A stretch of 64,000 bases of DNA from the NCBI GenBank assembly GCA_963812605.1, contig CAWEWF010000014.1:512001-576000 (forward strand), given 5' to 3'. A model generated the notes under the pieces. The model was given only the letters and a program-made list of their open reading frames with translations. It was not told the DNA's origin and ran no database searches. The position numbers and the translations under genes are program-made. Origin of the DNA: an uncultured Verrucomicrobiae bacterium (GTDB lineage: Bacteria; Verrucomicrobiota; Verrucomicrobiia; Palsa-1439). Of the stretch, positions 9,199 to 19,135 are shown in pieces (within the stretch, counting starts at the first letter, position 1; each line of letters opens with the position of its first letter).

Positions 9199-9287
9199 GG
9201 GGAAGTGGGTAGATCCTCCCCGCTTTTTGAATTGAGCGCTACGGGGAACAAAGTATGCTCCCCGGTGTCCAAGTAACGACGAATCGC

Positions 9288-10504
9288 ATGCCGACTTTTC
9301 AATACAAGGCCAAGACACGCGCGGGGGAGGTGGTCAACGGGTCCCTGGCGGCGGGTGACCGCCGCGCCGCGCTGGCCGAGCTTGGCAAACTGGGTTTCTT
9401 CCCGTTGGTGGTGGACTCCGCCGAAAAAGAGGCGGCGGCAAGAATGGCGCCAGGAGTTTTCGCGGTCGCGTCAAGGCGCGCGACATCCTGATGTTCACCC
9501 AACAACTTTCCAGCCTGCTGCGTTCGGGCATGTCGCTCAGCAAGGCGCTCGACACGCTCGAGCGGCGGACGCAAAAGAAAGCGCTCGCGGCGGTGCTTGG
9601 CGATTTGCGGAACGGCATCGTGCAGGGCGAAAGCCTGTCGGACTCGCTGGGGAAACACCCGAAGATTTTCTCGCGGTTCTTCGTGAACCTGATCCGGGCC
9701 GGCGAAGCCAGCGGCGCCCTCGACGACGTCCTGCTGCGCCTGGGGAAACATCAGGAGCAGATGGCCGAGGTGCGCGAGAAGGTGGTCAGCGCACTGTTGT
9801 ATCCGCTGATCGTCATGTGCGTCGCCGTTTGCGCGATCTGTTTCTTCATGATGGTGATGATTCCGCGCTTCGCCATGATGTTCAAGGAGATGGGCCGCAC
9901 GCTGCCGCTGCCGACGCGAATCCTGATCGACATCAGCGATGCGTTCACGGGTTATTGGTGGATTGGCGTCCTCTTGATCGTCGGGGCGGTGACGACTTAT
10001 CGCATCCGCGCCCGCACCCCGGAGGGACGGTTGGCGATTGACGGGCTCAAGCTGCGACTGCCCATCTTCGGCCAGATCATCATGGCCAACGCGCTGGCCC
10101 AGTTTGCGCGCACGCTGGCCACCCTCCTGGAAAACGGCGTGCCGGTGCTCAATGCGCTGCAAATCGTGGAAGACACGATGACGAACGTGGTGATCAGCAA
10201 CGCCATCCGCGAGGCGCGCACAAAGGTGACCGACGGCACCAGCATCAGCCAACCCCTGAGCCGCGGCAAAGTTTTCCCGCCGTTGATTATCGACATGCTG
10301 GCGATCGGCGAGGAAAGCGGCGAAGTGGTGCCCGCGCTCAAGAACATCGCGGACACCTACGACACGGAACTTTCGCGGATGCTGAAGGTTTTTACGACTC
10401 TGATGGAACCGGCGATCATCGTCTTCATGGCGATGATCATCGGCTCCATCGTGATCAGCATTCTCATGGCGGTATTTGATATTACGTCAGGAATTGGCAA
10501 GTAA
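9288..10504 (+). CDS. gspF: Type II secretion platform protein GspF/PilC (frameshift near 9450)
   Basis: MPTFQYKAK start; FTQQLSSLLRSG, AGEASG, ALLYP, GEESG, LMEP. Confidence 0.93.
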
Positions 10505-10520
10505 TCCCAAGGAGTAGTTT

Positions 10521-10952
10521 ATGAACAAGATCAAGCTCAACTCGCGCAGCGGTTTCACGCTGTTGGAAATTCTGCTGGTCGTCGTGATCATCGGCTTTTT
10601 GGTGAGCGTGGCGGTGGTCAAATTGTCAGGCCAATCCGCCAAGGCCAAGGTGGTCGCGACGCAGAACCAAATCGACTCCTTCAAGACAGCGCTCGGTGTC
10701 TACGAACTCGATAATGGCGTCTTTCCCTCGACAGAGCAGGGGTTGCAGGCGTTGATCACGCAGCCGAGCGGGGCGGCTCTCCCGAACTGGAAGGGCCCGT
10801 ATCTCGACCCGCCGGTCATCCGTCTTGATCCGTGGGGCCACGCTTACATCTATAAATACCCGGGCGTAAAGATCCCCAACGGTTACGACCTGTATTCCCC
10901 CGGTCCAAACGGCATTGAAGGCGATGATGACGACATTGGCAATTGGCAATAG
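10521..10952 (+). CDS. gspG: Major pseudopilin GspG
   Basis: G|FTLLE prepilin site; FPSTEQGLQAL, WKGPYL, DPWG, YDLYSPGPNG, DDDIGNW. Confidence 0.95.
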   Translation: MNKIKLNSRSGFTLLEILLVVVIIGFLVSVAVVKLSGQSAKAKVVATQNQIDSFKTALGVYELDNGVFPSTEQGLQALITQPSGAALPNWKGPYLDPPVIRLDPWGHAYIYKYPGVKIPNGYDLYSPGPNGIEGDDDDIGNWQ

Positions 10953-11451
10953 ACGAGGGCGGCACGCCGGTTTCTCGCTGATCGAGCTGAGCATCGTCGT
11001 GTTCATCATCGCCATCATCATGGCCGTTTCCGTGCCCAGTTTCATCCGCTCGTACAATGCCGCCACGCTCAACGCAACCGGACGAACGGTCATTACCAGT
11101 TGCCAGTTCGCCAAGTTGAACGCCGTACTGCGCCAGCAAAAGGTTGCGTTCTATATCAACCTCGACAAGCGCATGATCTGGCTGACGCAGTTTACGGGCA
11201 CCAACGATGATGTCGAATCGTCGAGCGCGATTCTGAAGACCATTGAAATCCCGTCACGGGTCGGGGTGGCATCCGTCCAGCTTGGCGACCAACCGGCAGA
11301 ACAGAAGGGGCAGGTGGAAGCCACGTTTTATCCAAACGGGACTTGTGATGCGTTCACGGTCACATTTTACGGCGCGGAGAAGGGGAGTGGGTTGGCGATC
11401 ATGGTCGATCCGGTGACGTGCCACGGAGCGCCTTGGACCGTGAAGCTATGA
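10924..11451 (+). CDS. gspH: Minor pseudopilin GspH/FimT (start uncertain)
   Basis: G|FSLIEL site; FYPNGT motif; follows gspG. Confidence 0.85.
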   Translation: MMTTLAIGNRRGRHAGFSLIELSIVVFIIAIIMAVSVPSFIRSYNAATLNATGRTVITSCQFAKLNAVLRQQKVAFYINLDKRMIWLTQFTGTNDDVESSSAILKTIEIPSRVGVASVQLGDQPAEQKGQVEATFYPNGTCDAFTVTFYGAEKGSGLAIMVDPVTCHGAPWTVKL

Positions 11452-11861
11452 CGTTTCGCCGCCAACAAAATGCTAATGCGCCGCGCCGCCGCGCCGGCGG
11501 GTTTCTGCTGTTGGAAGTGATCCTGGCGGTCACGCTGCTGGCGATCAGCATGGTGGCCATCATCGCGTCCCTGGGCCAATGCCTGGCGGCGGCGCGCTCG
11601 GTGCAGAGTTATTCCACCTCCGAGATTCTCTTGGCGAACAAAAGCTTCGAGTTCCGCACGGAGCGCCCCACGGACATTCTCGACCAGGAAGGTGAGTTTC
11701 CGGATTACCCGGGTTTTTCCTGGACGCGCAAGCTGGAAGGGACGGGTTCGGACACAGAAGGGCTCTGGAAACAAACGATCACCGTTTACTGGTACGAACG
11801 CGGCAAACTCGCCAGTGATTCCGTGGTTGAATACAGGTATTTGCCGGACAAACAACGGTGA
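11448..11861 (+). CDS. gspI: Minor pseudopilin GspI
   Basis: G|FLLLEVILAV; ATGA coupling; operon position. Confidence 0.8.
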   Translation: MTFRRQQNANAPRRRAGGFLLLEVILAVTLLAISMVAIIASLGQCLAAARSVQSYSTSEILLANKSFEFRTERPTDILDQEGEFPDYPGFSWTRKLEGTGSDTEGLWKQTITVYWYERGKLASDSVVEYRYLPDKQR

Positions 11862-12658
11862 AGATGCAGTCCCATAACCGAAATGGCGCGCGGGCGGGCT
11901 TCACGCTGATTGAAGTCCTGCTGGCCGTGACAATCCTCAGTCTCGTCATCATCGGCGTGTACGGCATCTGGAGCGCGTCCCTGAAGGCGTGGCGGCGTGG
12001 CGGCCAAGCCACCGAGGTATTCCAGCGGCAACGGGTGGTCATGGAAACGCTGACGCAGTTGGCGCAGTCAGCCATTTATTTCAGCGCGTCGCCCGACTTG
12101 TATGCGATCGTCGGCGCCAAGAACCCCGGCCTGGGTGACAGCGTGAGCTTTGTCACGGCTTCGGACACGTTTCTGCCGCCCAGCGAGGCCACCGACATCG
12201 GCATGCGGCGGGTGATCATTTCCCTGGAGCAGGACGAGTACCGGCGCACCTACCTGGCAATCGTGAACCAGCCCGCCTTGAGCGTGAAGGACAATTCCAG
12301 GCAGGATCTCCAGGCGCACGTGGTATCGATGGACGTGAGTGCTTTCTCTGTCCGCTACCTCGACCCTCGCGATGGGGACTGGTACGACAAGTGGGAGGAG
12401 GTTAACATCATTCCTTCCGCGATGGAATTCACGGTCGTCTTCGGCCAGCCCGGTGACCAGATCCCGCCTGTTACCGTGACTCGCGCCATTGATCTTCCCG
12501 TGGCTGATTTCATCGCCCATAGTTCAAATCCCGGGCTGCCCCAGCTTTCGAGCACCAACGAGGTTCAACGCCGCTCGGATATTTCGGGATCGCAAAACAA
12601 TAATGGCGGACAACAGCCTTCCCCACAAACACCCCCGTTGCCGGGAGGAATGCGATGA
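11858..12658 (+). CDS. gspJ: Minor pseudopilin GspJ
   Basis: G|FTLIEVLLA; FSVRYLD...WYDKWE...IPSAMEF motif. Confidence 0.85.
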   Translation: MKMQSHNRNGARAGFTLIEVLLAVTILSLVIIGVYGIWSASLKAWRRGGQATEVFQRQRVVMETLTQLAQSAIYFSASPDLYAIVGAKNPGLGDSVSFVTASDTFLPPSEATDIGMRRVIISLEQDEYRRTYLAIVNQPALSVKDNSRQDLQAHVVSMDVSAFSVRYLDPRDGDWYDKWEEVNIIPSAMEFTVVFGQPGDQIPPVTVTRAIDLPVADFIAHSSNPGLPQLSSTNEVQRRSDISGSQNNNGGQQPSPQTPPLPGGMR

Positions 12659-13677
12659 AGGAACGCGCCTACGAAACCGGGCGTTTCACCGACGACCGCG
12701 GCATCGCCATCGTCATTGTCTTGTGGGTCGTGCTGGTTTTGTCCTTGCTGATCAGTGGATTTGCTTTCACAATGCACGTCGAAACCCAGGTGGCGTCGTA
12801 TGCGCGCAAGGAGCTCAAGGCCGAAATGTTGGCGCGCTCGGGCATCGAGGTGGCGCGGATGCAGTTGATCCTCGGCGCACAGTCGCCAACCAATTCCGGG
12901 TTTGACGCACTCAACCAGGATTGGGCCACCAATGAATTGCTGTATGTGGACCATGAATTGGGTGATGGAACTTTCAATGTGAAAGTCACTGACGAAGAAT
13001 CAAAGATCCCGATCAATCGCGTGACGGACGTGCAACTCAAGCGCCTGTGTGGCTTGCTGGGGGTCGAGCCGTCGGATAGCGATGTCATTGTCGATTCGAT
13101 CCTGGACTGGATCGACCCTGGCGACCTGACCCGGCTGAACGGCGCAAAGAGCGATTATTACGAGAGCCTTTCGCCACCCTACCGCGCGAAGAATGCGCCG
13201 ATGGATCGGGTCGAAGAATTGCTGCTAATTCGGGGTGTGACACCGGAACTGTATCAAGGAACGCCGGCGACGGACACTGATCCTGCGGTGCCGGGGCTGT
13301 CAGAGGTTTTGACCACGATGACGTCCGGCACCATCAATGTGAATACGGCGTCGGCCATTGTTTTACAGACGATGCTTGGTCTCGACGATACGCAAGTGCA
13401 GGCCGTCATCAGCCATCGGGATGGCGCGGACGGCATCCCGGGCACGGAGGATGATATGCCATTCCGCACTACGGCCGAGTTTTTCGCGGCGGTCGGCAGT
13501 CTCAATCCGGCGAATACGCAAGCAGCGCAGGCCGTCGTCACGGTAAAGTCCTCCTTTTTCACGGTGAAATCCACCGGTCAGGTCGGCGGCGTGAAACGAA
13601 CCATCCTGGCCACGCTGCACCGGGCCGGGGCCGTGGTCCAGATTGTCATGTGGCGTGAAATGCGGGAGGGAACGTGA
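12655..13677 (+). CDS. gspK: Minor pseudopilin GspK
   Basis: G|IAIVIVLW (no Glu5); DEESKIPIN, ILDWID, EELLLIRG, INVNTAS. Confidence 0.92.
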   Translation: MKERAYETGRFTDDRGIAIVIVLWVVLVLSLLISGFAFTMHVETQVASYARKELKAEMLARSGIEVARMQLILGAQSPTNSGFDALNQDWATNELLYVDHELGDGTFNVKVTDEESKIPINRVTDVQLKRLCGLLGVEPSDSDVIVDSILDWIDPGDLTRLNGAKSDYYESLSPPYRAKNAPMDRVEELLLIRGVTPELYQGTPATDTDPAVPGLSEVLTTMTSGTINVNTASAIVLQTMLGLDDTQVQAVISHRDGADGIPGTEDDMPFRTTAEFFAAVGSLNPANTQAAQAVVTVKSSFFTVKSTGQVGGVKRTILATLHRAGAVVQIVMWREMREGT

Positions 13678-15104
13678 GGGCCAGTTTCAATCCGCGTAAA
13701 TTGGCCGGTCTGGGTCATGCTCGTAATTGGGCGGCCGTTGCGTTTGGGGCCTCGAGCCTGGAACTCACCATCGCGCGCACCGAGGGCGCCGGGGTCAGCG
13801 TACTGCAGGAATCCTCCGCCAGCACGGAGCCGCCCGCGGGGATGCAGGACGCGCCGCCCCAGTGGCAGAGCGCGGCGCAAGTGCTTCGCCAGCGGTTTGA
13901 CCCGCGCGAACATCGCGTCGTTACCGCCGTGAGTTGCGAAGACGTGATTTGCCAAATCCTCCGCCTGCCCGCGACTGACACCGCCGAATTGAAGCAAATG
14001 CTCGATCTGCAGATCGACAACATCAACCCCCTGCCGTTGGAGGAGGTTGTTTATAGTTTTGAGCCCTTGGAAGCCGCCGACGGCCAGACGCAAGTGCTGG
14101 TCGCCATCGCGCGCAAAGCCAAGGTCAATGAACGCGTGGAAGCGCTGGAAGCGGCGGGGTTACAACCCGAAATCGTTTCTGTTGACGCGCTGGCCGTGTT
14201 CCACGCGCTCGCCCGTCGCAACCTGCTGGCGCAGGACGACCGCTTGAACGTGCTGGTGATTCTCGGTTTGGTTTCCGCGGAGGTGATCGTGTACTCGCGA
14301 GTCGTCCCCCTCGCCGTGCGGTCCCTGGTGCTCGGAGTGGAGGGCGAATCCATATTGCGTGAAGAACTGCAACGCACCTTTGTCGCGTCCGAGGCCGGAC
14401 AACCGCAACGAATGATCGGAGGAGTCACTTTCCTTGCGCCGGGCGAAGCGTTGCAGGCGTTTGCCAAAAAAGTTGCGAACGGCCTGAAAACGCAAGCGTC
14501 CTTCCTCAGCAACGGCACCGTGCCCTCGGCGGGCCTGAGCTTGTGCCTGCAGTATACAACAGGCGAAGCGGGACGTTTGAACCTCCTGCCGGACGAGTGG
14601 CGGCAGAAGCGTCGGATCAAGGCCCTGAGGCAGCGGCTGATTCGCGGCGGGATTGCGGTCGGAATCGTTTACGTCCTGGCGCTGACGGTGTTCCTGACGC
14701 TCCTGGCGGTGAAGAGCGCGCAACTTAATCGGGTCGGAAGGGAAATCAAGAGCCGACAGGCGGACTTTGCCGCCGCACGCCAGACGCAGGGCGAGTTGAT
14801 CGCGATGCGCAACCAACTCGATACGAAATTCTCGGCGCTGGAGGTCTTGCGCGAGATCACGCTGCGCATGCCGAAGGAAATGCAATTGAACTCATTCGCG
14901 TTCAAGAAGGATTCGACCGTGTCCCTCAAGGGACAGGCGGCATCCGCAAGCACCGCGCTGGAGTTCCAAACCGAGCTTCAGAAATCGGATTTGTTCTCGA
15001 AAATCACGGCGGGCCGCAGCGACAACGTGGGCGGCTTGACGAAGTTTGACCTGACTTGTACTCTCAAAACCGCCGGCGGTCCAGGGGCGGCTCCGCGACC
15101 ATGA
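13674..15104 (+). CDS. gspL: GspL-like protein (PilM-like cytoplasmic domain, TM helix, PilN-like periplasmic domain)
   Basis: LRLPATD...PLPLEEVVYSF, LNLLP before a TM helix, LKGQA ferredoxin-like tail. Confidence 0.82.
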   Translation: MRASFNPRKLAGLGHARNWAAVAFGASSLELTIARTEGAGVSVLQESSASTEPPAGMQDAPPQWQSAAQVLRQRFDPREHRVVTAVSCEDVICQILRLPATDTAELKQMLDLQIDNINPLPLEEVVYSFEPLEAADGQTQVLVAIARKAKVNERVEALEAAGLQPEIVSVDALAVFHALARRNLLAQDDRLNVLVILGLVSAEVIVYSRVVPLAVRSLVLGVEGESILREELQRTFVASEAGQPQRMIGGVTFLAPGEALQAFAKKVANGLKTQASFLSNGTVPSAGLSLCLQYTTGEAGRLNLLPDEWRQKRRIKALRQRLIRGGIAVGIVYVLALTVFLTLLAVKSAQLNRVGREIKSRQADFAAARQTQGELIAMRNQLDTKFSALEVLREITLRMPKEMQLNSFAFKKDSTVSLKGQAASASTALEFQTELQKSDLFSKITAGRSDNVGGLTKFDLTCTLKTAGGPGAAPRP

Positions 15105-15634
15105 AGATCACCAATCGTGAACGCAGGGTGTTGGCAGTCACCATCACCGCCATCGTATTGGGCATCAATTATTTGCTCGTGATTCCGTTGATCCACAGTT
15201 GGCAAGAGGCCGGCATCAAACTGAAGAGCCAGAAAGCGCTGCTTGCCGGCATGCAAGCGACAATTCAACACAAGGAAGAGTGGCGCAAGGAGTACGAGGA
15301 ACTTAAACGGGGACTTGGTCAACAGACCGTGCAGTTCCAGTATACCTCTGATGTCGTAAAAAAAATCCAGGAGGTCGCGACCAATTCGGGCGTACAAATC
15401 AATGCGACGCGCCAGATGACGGAAGAGGAGAAGGGCGTCTATCGGGTGCTGCCGGTGCAGTGCACGATCGAGGCGAGGACGGAATCGCTCGTGAAGTTTC
15501 TCTTCGCGCTGCAAACGGGCGCGGGTTTCATGAGCGTCGAGCAACTGACGATTTCGCCGCGGCCCGAGAATCCGGGCATTTTGCGCTGCGAGATCCAGGT
15601 GCGCGCCTTTAAACTGGGGAATACCACCTCGTGA
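15101..15634 (+). CDS. gspM: GspM/PilO-like protein
   Basis: MKITNRERRVL, TM helix, coiled coil, LVKFLFALQ. Confidence 0.8.
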   Translation: MKITNRERRVLAVTITAIVLGINYLLVIPLIHSWQEAGIKLKSQKALLAGMQATIQHKEEWRKEYEELKRGLGQQTVQFQYTSDVVKKIQEVATNSGVQINATRQMTEEEKGVYRVLPVQCTIEARTESLVKFLFALQTGAGFMSVEQLTISPRPENPGILRCEIQVRAFKLGNTTS

Positions 15635-16152
15635 GCCGACATCCCGCAAGGAACACGGCGCTGCTGTGCGCGCTGGCGACGAGCCTGACCGGATTGTCCG
15701 CCCGCGCTGCTGAAACGGCGCACGACTTCACGCGATACCAGATTATCGTTGATCGCTCGCCATTTGGGGCCATGCCCGGCGCGGCCGATACAACTCCCCA
15801 ACCTCCTTTTTCCACGCGTTACAATTTTGTGGGTATCGCGAAATTGGATGAGACGCAACCGCTGCTGGCAATTATCATCGACAAGGAAGGCAACCGCACG
15901 TATTTCAAGGCGGAAGGAGAGACGATTGGGGACGCGACGGTGCAACAAATTGAGAAGGCGGACAAGGGCCAGGTAAAACTGGTGCTGAAACAGGGATTGG
16001 AAGTCGCCACACTGACAATGGAGAGCAAGACCTCGGTTGGCGCGGCGCCGCCCGGGGGCGCGCAGCCCCAACCGCAACCGGGGATCCCCGGGCAACCGCC
16101 CGCGCCGCTACCAGCGGGAGTTCGTCGCATTCCGTTTCGACGGGGAGGATAA
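15631..16152 (+). CDS. GspC/PilP-like HR-domain protein
   Basis: RSPF, FVGIAK..AIII...FKAEGETIGDATVQQIE..LVLKQG pattern; directly upstream of the secretin. Confidence 0.6.
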   Translation: MSRHPARNTALLCALATSLTGLSARAAETAHDFTRYQIIVDRSPFGAMPGAADTTPQPPFSTRYNFVGIAKLDETQPLLAIIIDKEGNRTYFKAEGETIGDATVQQIEKADKGQVKLVLKQGLEVATLTMESKTSVGAAPPGGAQPQPQPGIPGQPPAPLPAGVRRIPFRRGG

Positions 16153-18753
16153 GTGAGACCATTGAGAATACGCTTTTTGATGATGGGACTGACGACGGCG
16201 CTGTTTTTTCTGAGCGCCGCCGGATCGGACGAGGCGGCGCGCGCCCAAGAGGCGACCAATGCCGCAGCGGCCACCGACGCCAGGTCCGGGCCGCCACTGC
16301 CGCCGCCCCTTTCCACCGTCCGACCTAATGCCGTCCCATCTAATGCGGTTCCAACGGAAGAAGATGACGCAGGCAGCAACGCCCCTGCGCAGGAGATCAC
16401 GGAGATACCGCCGTCGCAGACGACTGCGTCCCCGGGTTCCGCGCCGTCGCCGCAACCGAACCCTACGAACCCAACGGCTCCCGTCAAGATTCCCACGCCG
16501 CCGTCGCCGTCGGCGCCTCCGCCGCCGACGGTGCGGGCCGCGGAGCCGCCCGAGACAGCGACAATCGACTTCGAATTTCAAGGCGCTCCGATCAACGCGA
16601 TCCTCGAATGGTACGCGCGGCTGACGAATCGGTCGATCATCTCCGCGCCGAATCTCGCGGGCGTAATCAATTTTCGGAGCCAGACGAAACTGACCAGGAC
16701 CGACGCGCTCCAGGCGCTCGACAGCGTGCTCGCCATCAACAACATCGCGGCCATCCCATTGGGCGAGAAATTTTTGAAAGTCGTGCAGATCACCTCGGCC
16801 AAAACCGAGGGCCTGCCCGTTGGCCACGCGACAGCGCCAGCCGATACGCTGGGGACACAAATCATCCCGTTGAAATTTGCGGAGGCCGCGGAAGTCGTCG
16901 CGGTGTTGCAGCCATACCTGCACCCCTACGGCCAGTTGGTGCCGCTGCAAAAGTCCAATAGCATCCTCATTTCGGAAACGTCAGCCAACATCAAACAGAT
17001 GATGGAGATCATTGCGTACGTCGACCAGCCATCGATGCTCCGCATGGAGATGCGTTCCTACGTTTTGGCCCACGCCAAAGCCTCTGAGGTCATGGCGCGC
17101 TTACAATCGATCATTCAGGAAGCCGAGCAGGCCGGTGGGCACGCTGCCGTAGGCGGTCAGCCCGGTCAACCGCCCCAGCCGGCGGGATTGATCCGCCGCC
17201 CGGGAACGCCGGGACAGCCGGGAGCGGCGCCCGGCGAGGAGTCTGTTGTCGAAGGCAAGGTCATCATGGCCGCCGACGAGCGCACGAACAAGATTTTCAT
17301 TCTGACGCGGCCCAGCAATTTTGGATTTTTCGACAGGCTGATTGCGGAACTGGACGCGAAGGTCGAGCCCGATGTGGTGATGAAAGTGATCGAACTCAAC
17401 TACGCCGCCGCCGAGGACGTCGCCTCGCTGATAAATTCGCTCATTACGGGATCAAGTCCGGCGGCGCCGGCACGACACACCACGGGCAGTCCGGGAACCA
17501 CAACAACCGGAGCGCGTCCGCCGGCCATTCCGCCGCCGCCCGTCTCGGGAGGCTCGGCCGGCGCTGGCGTGGACACCGGTTTCCTGCAGTACGCCGAAGG
17601 CGTACGCATTCTGCCCGATCCGCGGACCAATTCGCTGCTGGTCATGGCGACCAAGGAAGACATGGCGCGGATCACGGAACTGGTCAAGAGCATCGATACC
17701 TCCGTGGCGCAGGTGCAGATCGAAGTTGTCATTGCCGAAGTAACGCTGAACAATGAACTGGATGTCGGCGTGGATCTCTTCAACCGGCTAACGCGGGCCG
17801 GCGAGGTATCGACGACCGGCGGCAACAGCACGGATGGCAATACTCCCGTACAGTTGTCGCCCATGAGTGCGATTGGCAGCAACCTGCCGACCGCAGCGGC
17901 CTTGGCGAGTGGCGCGGGTGGCCTTACCTACTTCACCACGTTTCGAAATTTGAACCTCGATACGGTCATCCATGCGCTCGCCAGCACTTCGAACAGCAAG
18001 GTGCTTTCGACACCCGTCATCCAGACGATGGATAATCAGGAGGCGGACATACTGGTTGGCGAATCGGTGCCCGTTCCGACCTCGCAATCGTCCTCCCTCA
18101 TCAGCGGCGTGGGCACACTGGCGACCGCCGGGGTGACCTCCAGCATCCAGTACGAGGATGTCGCCATCGAGTTGAAGGTCACCCCGCGGATCAATCCGGA
18201 TGGATACGTGCGGATGGATGTGGAACAAAAAGTCAACGACCTTGGCGCCAACGTCAACATCGGCGGCACGATCGTCCCAACGATTCTCAAGAGGGAAGCG
18301 AAATCGTCGCTGGCGGTGGAAGACAAAAGCACGATTGTTCTGGGAGGATTGATCCAGCAAACGAAATCACTGACGACGACGAAAATGCCGTTTTTTGGCG
18401 ACATTCCGTTCTTCGGCCAGCTTTTCAAGAGCCAGGCGAATAACAAACAGCGCACGGAGTTGATCATCTTCATTCGGCCCACGGTGCTGCGCACTGATTT
18501 GGCGGCCGTGGCGGAGGCAAGACGGCGCTTGAAGCTGTTGGGCGTGAGTGAAGAATTGGAGCAGCGTTACTTCCCCGGGGGCGATTCGAACAATAATTCC
18601 GCCGTCATCCGGGGGAATGTCAACTCCGCGCCAGGTCCTGCCTATCGGGTGACGGTTCCCGACGCTCAGCCTCCTGTGGAAGACCCGACCGATCGGCAAT
18701 CGACAAAAGTGAAGGCGTTGAAGTTGGAGGACGGCGATATCACACCGCAATAA
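16153..18753 (+). CDS. gspD: Type II secretion secretin GspD
   Basis: Pro-rich N-terminus, N0/N domains (DERTNKI, DPRTNSLLV), QVQIEVVIAEV, LKVTPRIN, PFFGDIPFFGQLF, TELIIFIRP. Confidence 0.95.
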   Translation: MRPLRIRFLMMGLTTALFFLSAAGSDEAARAQEATNAAAATDARSGPPLPPPLSTVRPNAVPSNAVPTEEDDAGSNAPAQEITEIPPSQTTASPGSAPSPQPNPTNPTAPVKIPTPPSPSAPPPPTVRAAEPPETATIDFEFQGAPINAILEWYARLTNRSIISAPNLAGVINFRSQTKLTRTDALQALDSVLAINNIAAIPLGEKFLKVVQITSAKTEGLPVGHATAPADTLGTQIIPLKFAEAAEVVAVLQPYLHPYGQLVPLQKSNSILISETSANIKQMMEIIAYVDQPSMLRMEMRSYVLAHAKASEVMARLQSIIQEAEQAGGHAAVGGQPGQPPQPAGLIRRPGTPGQPGAAPGEESVVEGKVIMAADERTNKIFILTRPSNFGFFDRLIAELDAKVEPDVVMKVIELNYAAAEDVASLINSLITGSSPAAPARHTTGSPGTTTTGARPPAIPPPPVSGGSAGAGVDTGFLQYAEGVRILPDPRTNSLLVMATKEDMARITELVKSIDTSVAQVQIEVVIAEVTLNNELDVGVDLFNRLTRAGEVSTTGGNSTDGNTPVQLSPMSAIGSNLPTAAALASGAGGLTYFTTFRNLNLDTVIHALASTSNSKVLSTPVIQTMDNQEADILVGESVPVPTSQSSSLISGVGTLATAGVTSSIQYEDVAIELKVTPRINPDGYVRMDVEQKVNDLGANVNIGGTIVPTILKREAKSSLAVEDKSTIVLGGLIQQTKSLTTTKMPFFGDIPFFGQLFKSQANNKQRTELIIFIRPTVLRTDLAAVAEARRRLKLLGVSEELEQRYFPGGDSNNNSAVIRGNVNSAPGPAYRVTVPDAQPPVEDPTDRQSTKVKALKLEDGDITPQ

Positions 18754-18796
18754 CCGCCACAGTCGTTGAATCCCAGGCCATATCATCGAGGAGCCC

Positions 18797-19135
18797 ATGG
18801 ACACTACCGGACTGCTTAACCAGAGGATCAAGATTGTTCTGCGCCGTTTTCATCCCCAGACGCCACGCGAAATCGTCCGCGGCATTATCACTGATGTGGA
18901 CGAAACCGGGCTGCGCGTCAGCGGCCGCCGATTTCAAGAGCATACCGACCTGGAATCTCGTCTGCCCCAGGAATGGCCCGTCGAGCAGGATGCGAAGGTG
19001 TACTGGATTCCGCACAGTTCGATTCGCTTCAGCGAAATCATTGGACCCGGCTCGCTCTCCGAGAAACAGGACAACGAAATCCAGCGGCGCAAGGCCCTCA
19101 CGCCGCAGGAACTCCACCGTCCGACTGAATCGTAA
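18797..19135 (+). CDS. Hypothetical protein, possible Sm/LSm-like fold
   Basis: RBS gaggag; LLNQRIKIVL...VRGIITDVDETGLRV and VYWIPHSSIRFSEI resemble Sm1/Sm2 motifs. Confidence 0.65.
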   Translation: MDTTGLLNQRIKIVLRRFHPQTPREIVRGIITDVDETGLRVSGRRFQEHTDLESRLPQEWPVEQDAKVYWIPHSSIRFSEIIGPGSLSEKQDNEIQRRKALTPQELHRPTES

